From Prorocentrum cordatum (taxonomy: Eukaryota), in the NCBI GenBank assembly GCA_963575745.1, contig CAUYUJ010000148.1, forward strand, positions 372,001 to 436,000: a stretch of 64,000 nucleotides of DNA. The letters run 5' to 3'. The notes under the pieces are model-generated. The model had not been told where the DNA came from and searched no databases. It saw only the letters and a list, made by a program, of their open reading frames with translations. The translations under genes and the position numbers were made by a program. This document shows positions 62,000-64,000 of this stretch, in pieces (the stretch's first letter is position 1; each line of letters starts with the position of its first letter).

Positions 62000-63495
62000 T
62001 CCTCCTCCTCCTTCTCCCCCTTCCTCTTCCTCCTTCATCTCCCTCCCTCATCCTTCAACCTCCTCCATCTCCTCCTCGTCTTCCTCATCTTCTTCGTCCT
62101 CCCTCGTCCTCCCCGCATCCCCCCCAGCCCTTCTTTCTCCCCAGTCCAAAACCCTCCCCACCCAGCACGCTCACTCGCAGTCAAGCAATGTGATCATCAT
62201 CTCCCGCCGTCCCGCTCACGCAGCTGCCGTTCCAGGTGAGGGGGAAAGAGCGGGCCTAAGGTCATCCGCGCTCCCACTGCAAGAGAAGGGCGAGGAGGAG
62301 CATCAGCTGGGAGGAACGCCAGCATCAGCTTCGGGGGTGGGATCGGAGTTGGACCCTCGACCCTGCCCCCCCATCCTCCTGCTCCTCCTCCTCCTCCTCC
62401 TCCTCCTCCTCCTCCTCCTCCTCCCCCTTTTCCTCCTCCTCCTCCTCCTCCTCCTTATCCTCCTCCTCCTCCTCTTCCTCTCCTCTACCTACTCCGCCGC
62501 CTCCGCCGCCTCCTCCCCCTCCTCCTCCTCCTCCTCCTCCTCCTCCTCCTCCTCCTCTTCCTCCTCCTCCTTCTCGTCTTCGTCCTCGTCCTCGTCCTCC
62601 TCCTCCTCCTCCTCCTCCTCCAACTCCTCCTCTTCCTCCTCCTCCTCCTCCTCCTCCTCCTCCTCCTCCTCCTCCTCCTCCTCCTCTCCTCCTCCTCCTC
62701 CTCTTCTTCCTCCTCCTCCTCCTCCTCCTCCTCTCCTCCTTCCTCCTCCTCCTCCTCATCCTCCTCCTCTTCCTCATCCGTCCTCCTCCATCCTTTTCCT
62801 CCTCCTCCTCCTCCTCCTCCTGCTGTTCCTCCCTCTCCTCCTCCTCCCCCTCCTCCTCGGTCCGCGGTCCGGAACTGCAGCGGATTGTCCCAGAATCGGG
62901 GCCGCCGAAACCAGCGCGCCGCGCGCGCCGCCGCGGCGTGGCCGCAGGGCATTCACAGCGCGAGGCGGGCCCTTCTGAGCGGGCGGCATGGGGATAGCTA
63001 GCCAACTCCCCCGCCCTGTTCTGCCAGCAGGCCGGAAGCCAGCCGGAACCCAAACACGGGCGGCCCAAACACGGGCCAATCCTGACAGAACGGGCAGGGG
63101 CCAGACCAGCGCCAAACCCACGCAACCCCCCCACAAGGGCCCCCCACAACACGACAGACGACGGGGAGGACGGGCAGCCTGGCACGACCCCAAGGTCAGG
63201 GAACCCAGGGGGAGACCCCTGGCCTGGACGGAGGGCTGCGCTCCAGGCAACCCCCTGGGGAAGGGGACCGCGCGTTGGCGGCCATCCCCAGGCGCGGGAG
63301 CTTTTCGCCCCGAAGGCCCGACGGCCCCCGCCTCCGTCAGGCGAGCGCTTCTGACCCCGATACCCCGCCTCCTCCTCCTCCTCCTCCTCCTCCTCCTCCT
63401 CCTCCTCCTCCTCCTCCTCCCCTCCTCCTCCTCCTCCTCCTCCTCCTCCTCCCCCTTTTCCATCCTCCTCCTCCTCCTCCTCTTCCACCTCTTCC
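62000..63495 (+). repeat. (CCT)n tracts with GC-rich spacers
   Basis: Directly visible. Confidence 0.9.
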
Positions 63496-64000
63496 CCCAT
63501 TATTCTGAAGAGCTCCCCCTTGTCCCTCCACCAAGCGTTTCGGCAGGGCGGTCCAGGTACTTCGCCGGAGATTCGCGACCACTGCTGACCCTGAAACTCT
63601 AACATCGCACAAGTCTCACCGATGGAGTGAGTCTGTCTTGCAGCGTTGCAGCAGCTTCATGGAAGGAGGGGGGTCGTTTCCAGAAAGGAGAACACGCCTC
63701 CTTGCGCCGCGCACAATCGCAATGACACTTCACAGCAGCTTCACGCATGGAGGGCGTTCCCTTTGTCTAAACCGGGCTCTCGCCTCAGCGCCGCCCAAGA
63801 ACGAACGAACGAACGACCGTCATCGCCCGAAGGCGGCCGAGTGCTGGGCGACGGGCGCGCTGCGAAGCGCACTGGCCCTCTGAAAAGGACCCGGAAATGG
63901 CAATCACAACCTCGAAATTCAGTGCGCGAGCAGGAGGGGGGGAAGGGCAGGAGAGGCAAGAAAGGAACAGACAAGGCAGTTATGTGGAATTCAATTGAAA

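Overview
Repeat-dense, GC-rich eukaryotic DNA, almost certainly a dinoflagellate nuclear genome. The evidence is two genomic copies of the dinoflagellate spliced leader (DinoSL, DCCGTAGCCATTTTGGCTCAAG) and mostly AG|G-type exon junctions with GC/GA/GT donors. Most ORFs in the six-frame track are artefacts of microsatellites and satellites. Supportable content: (1) a minus-strand multi-exon host gene with tiny GC3-rich exons whose splice phases chain in frame (core exons 13.9-23.9 kb, possibly spanning the window); (2) two divergent SL-capped retrocopies in one of its introns, one with up to four stacked SL relics and a PAM2-like/PHD-like ORF, the other a repairable ~357-aa ORF with a HEPN-like RNxxxH motif, coiled coil and captured Hsp70 lid fragment; (3) a 5'-truncated LINE ORF2 with a CCHC knuckle and a fold-back junction; (4) non-autonomous element families, including Helitron-like hairpin/CTAG termini at (TA)n sites and a hairpin-headed element carrying satellite arrays; (5) 386-bp and ~103-bp satellites and drifting triplet microsatellites. 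All calls were made by eye; no database search was run.
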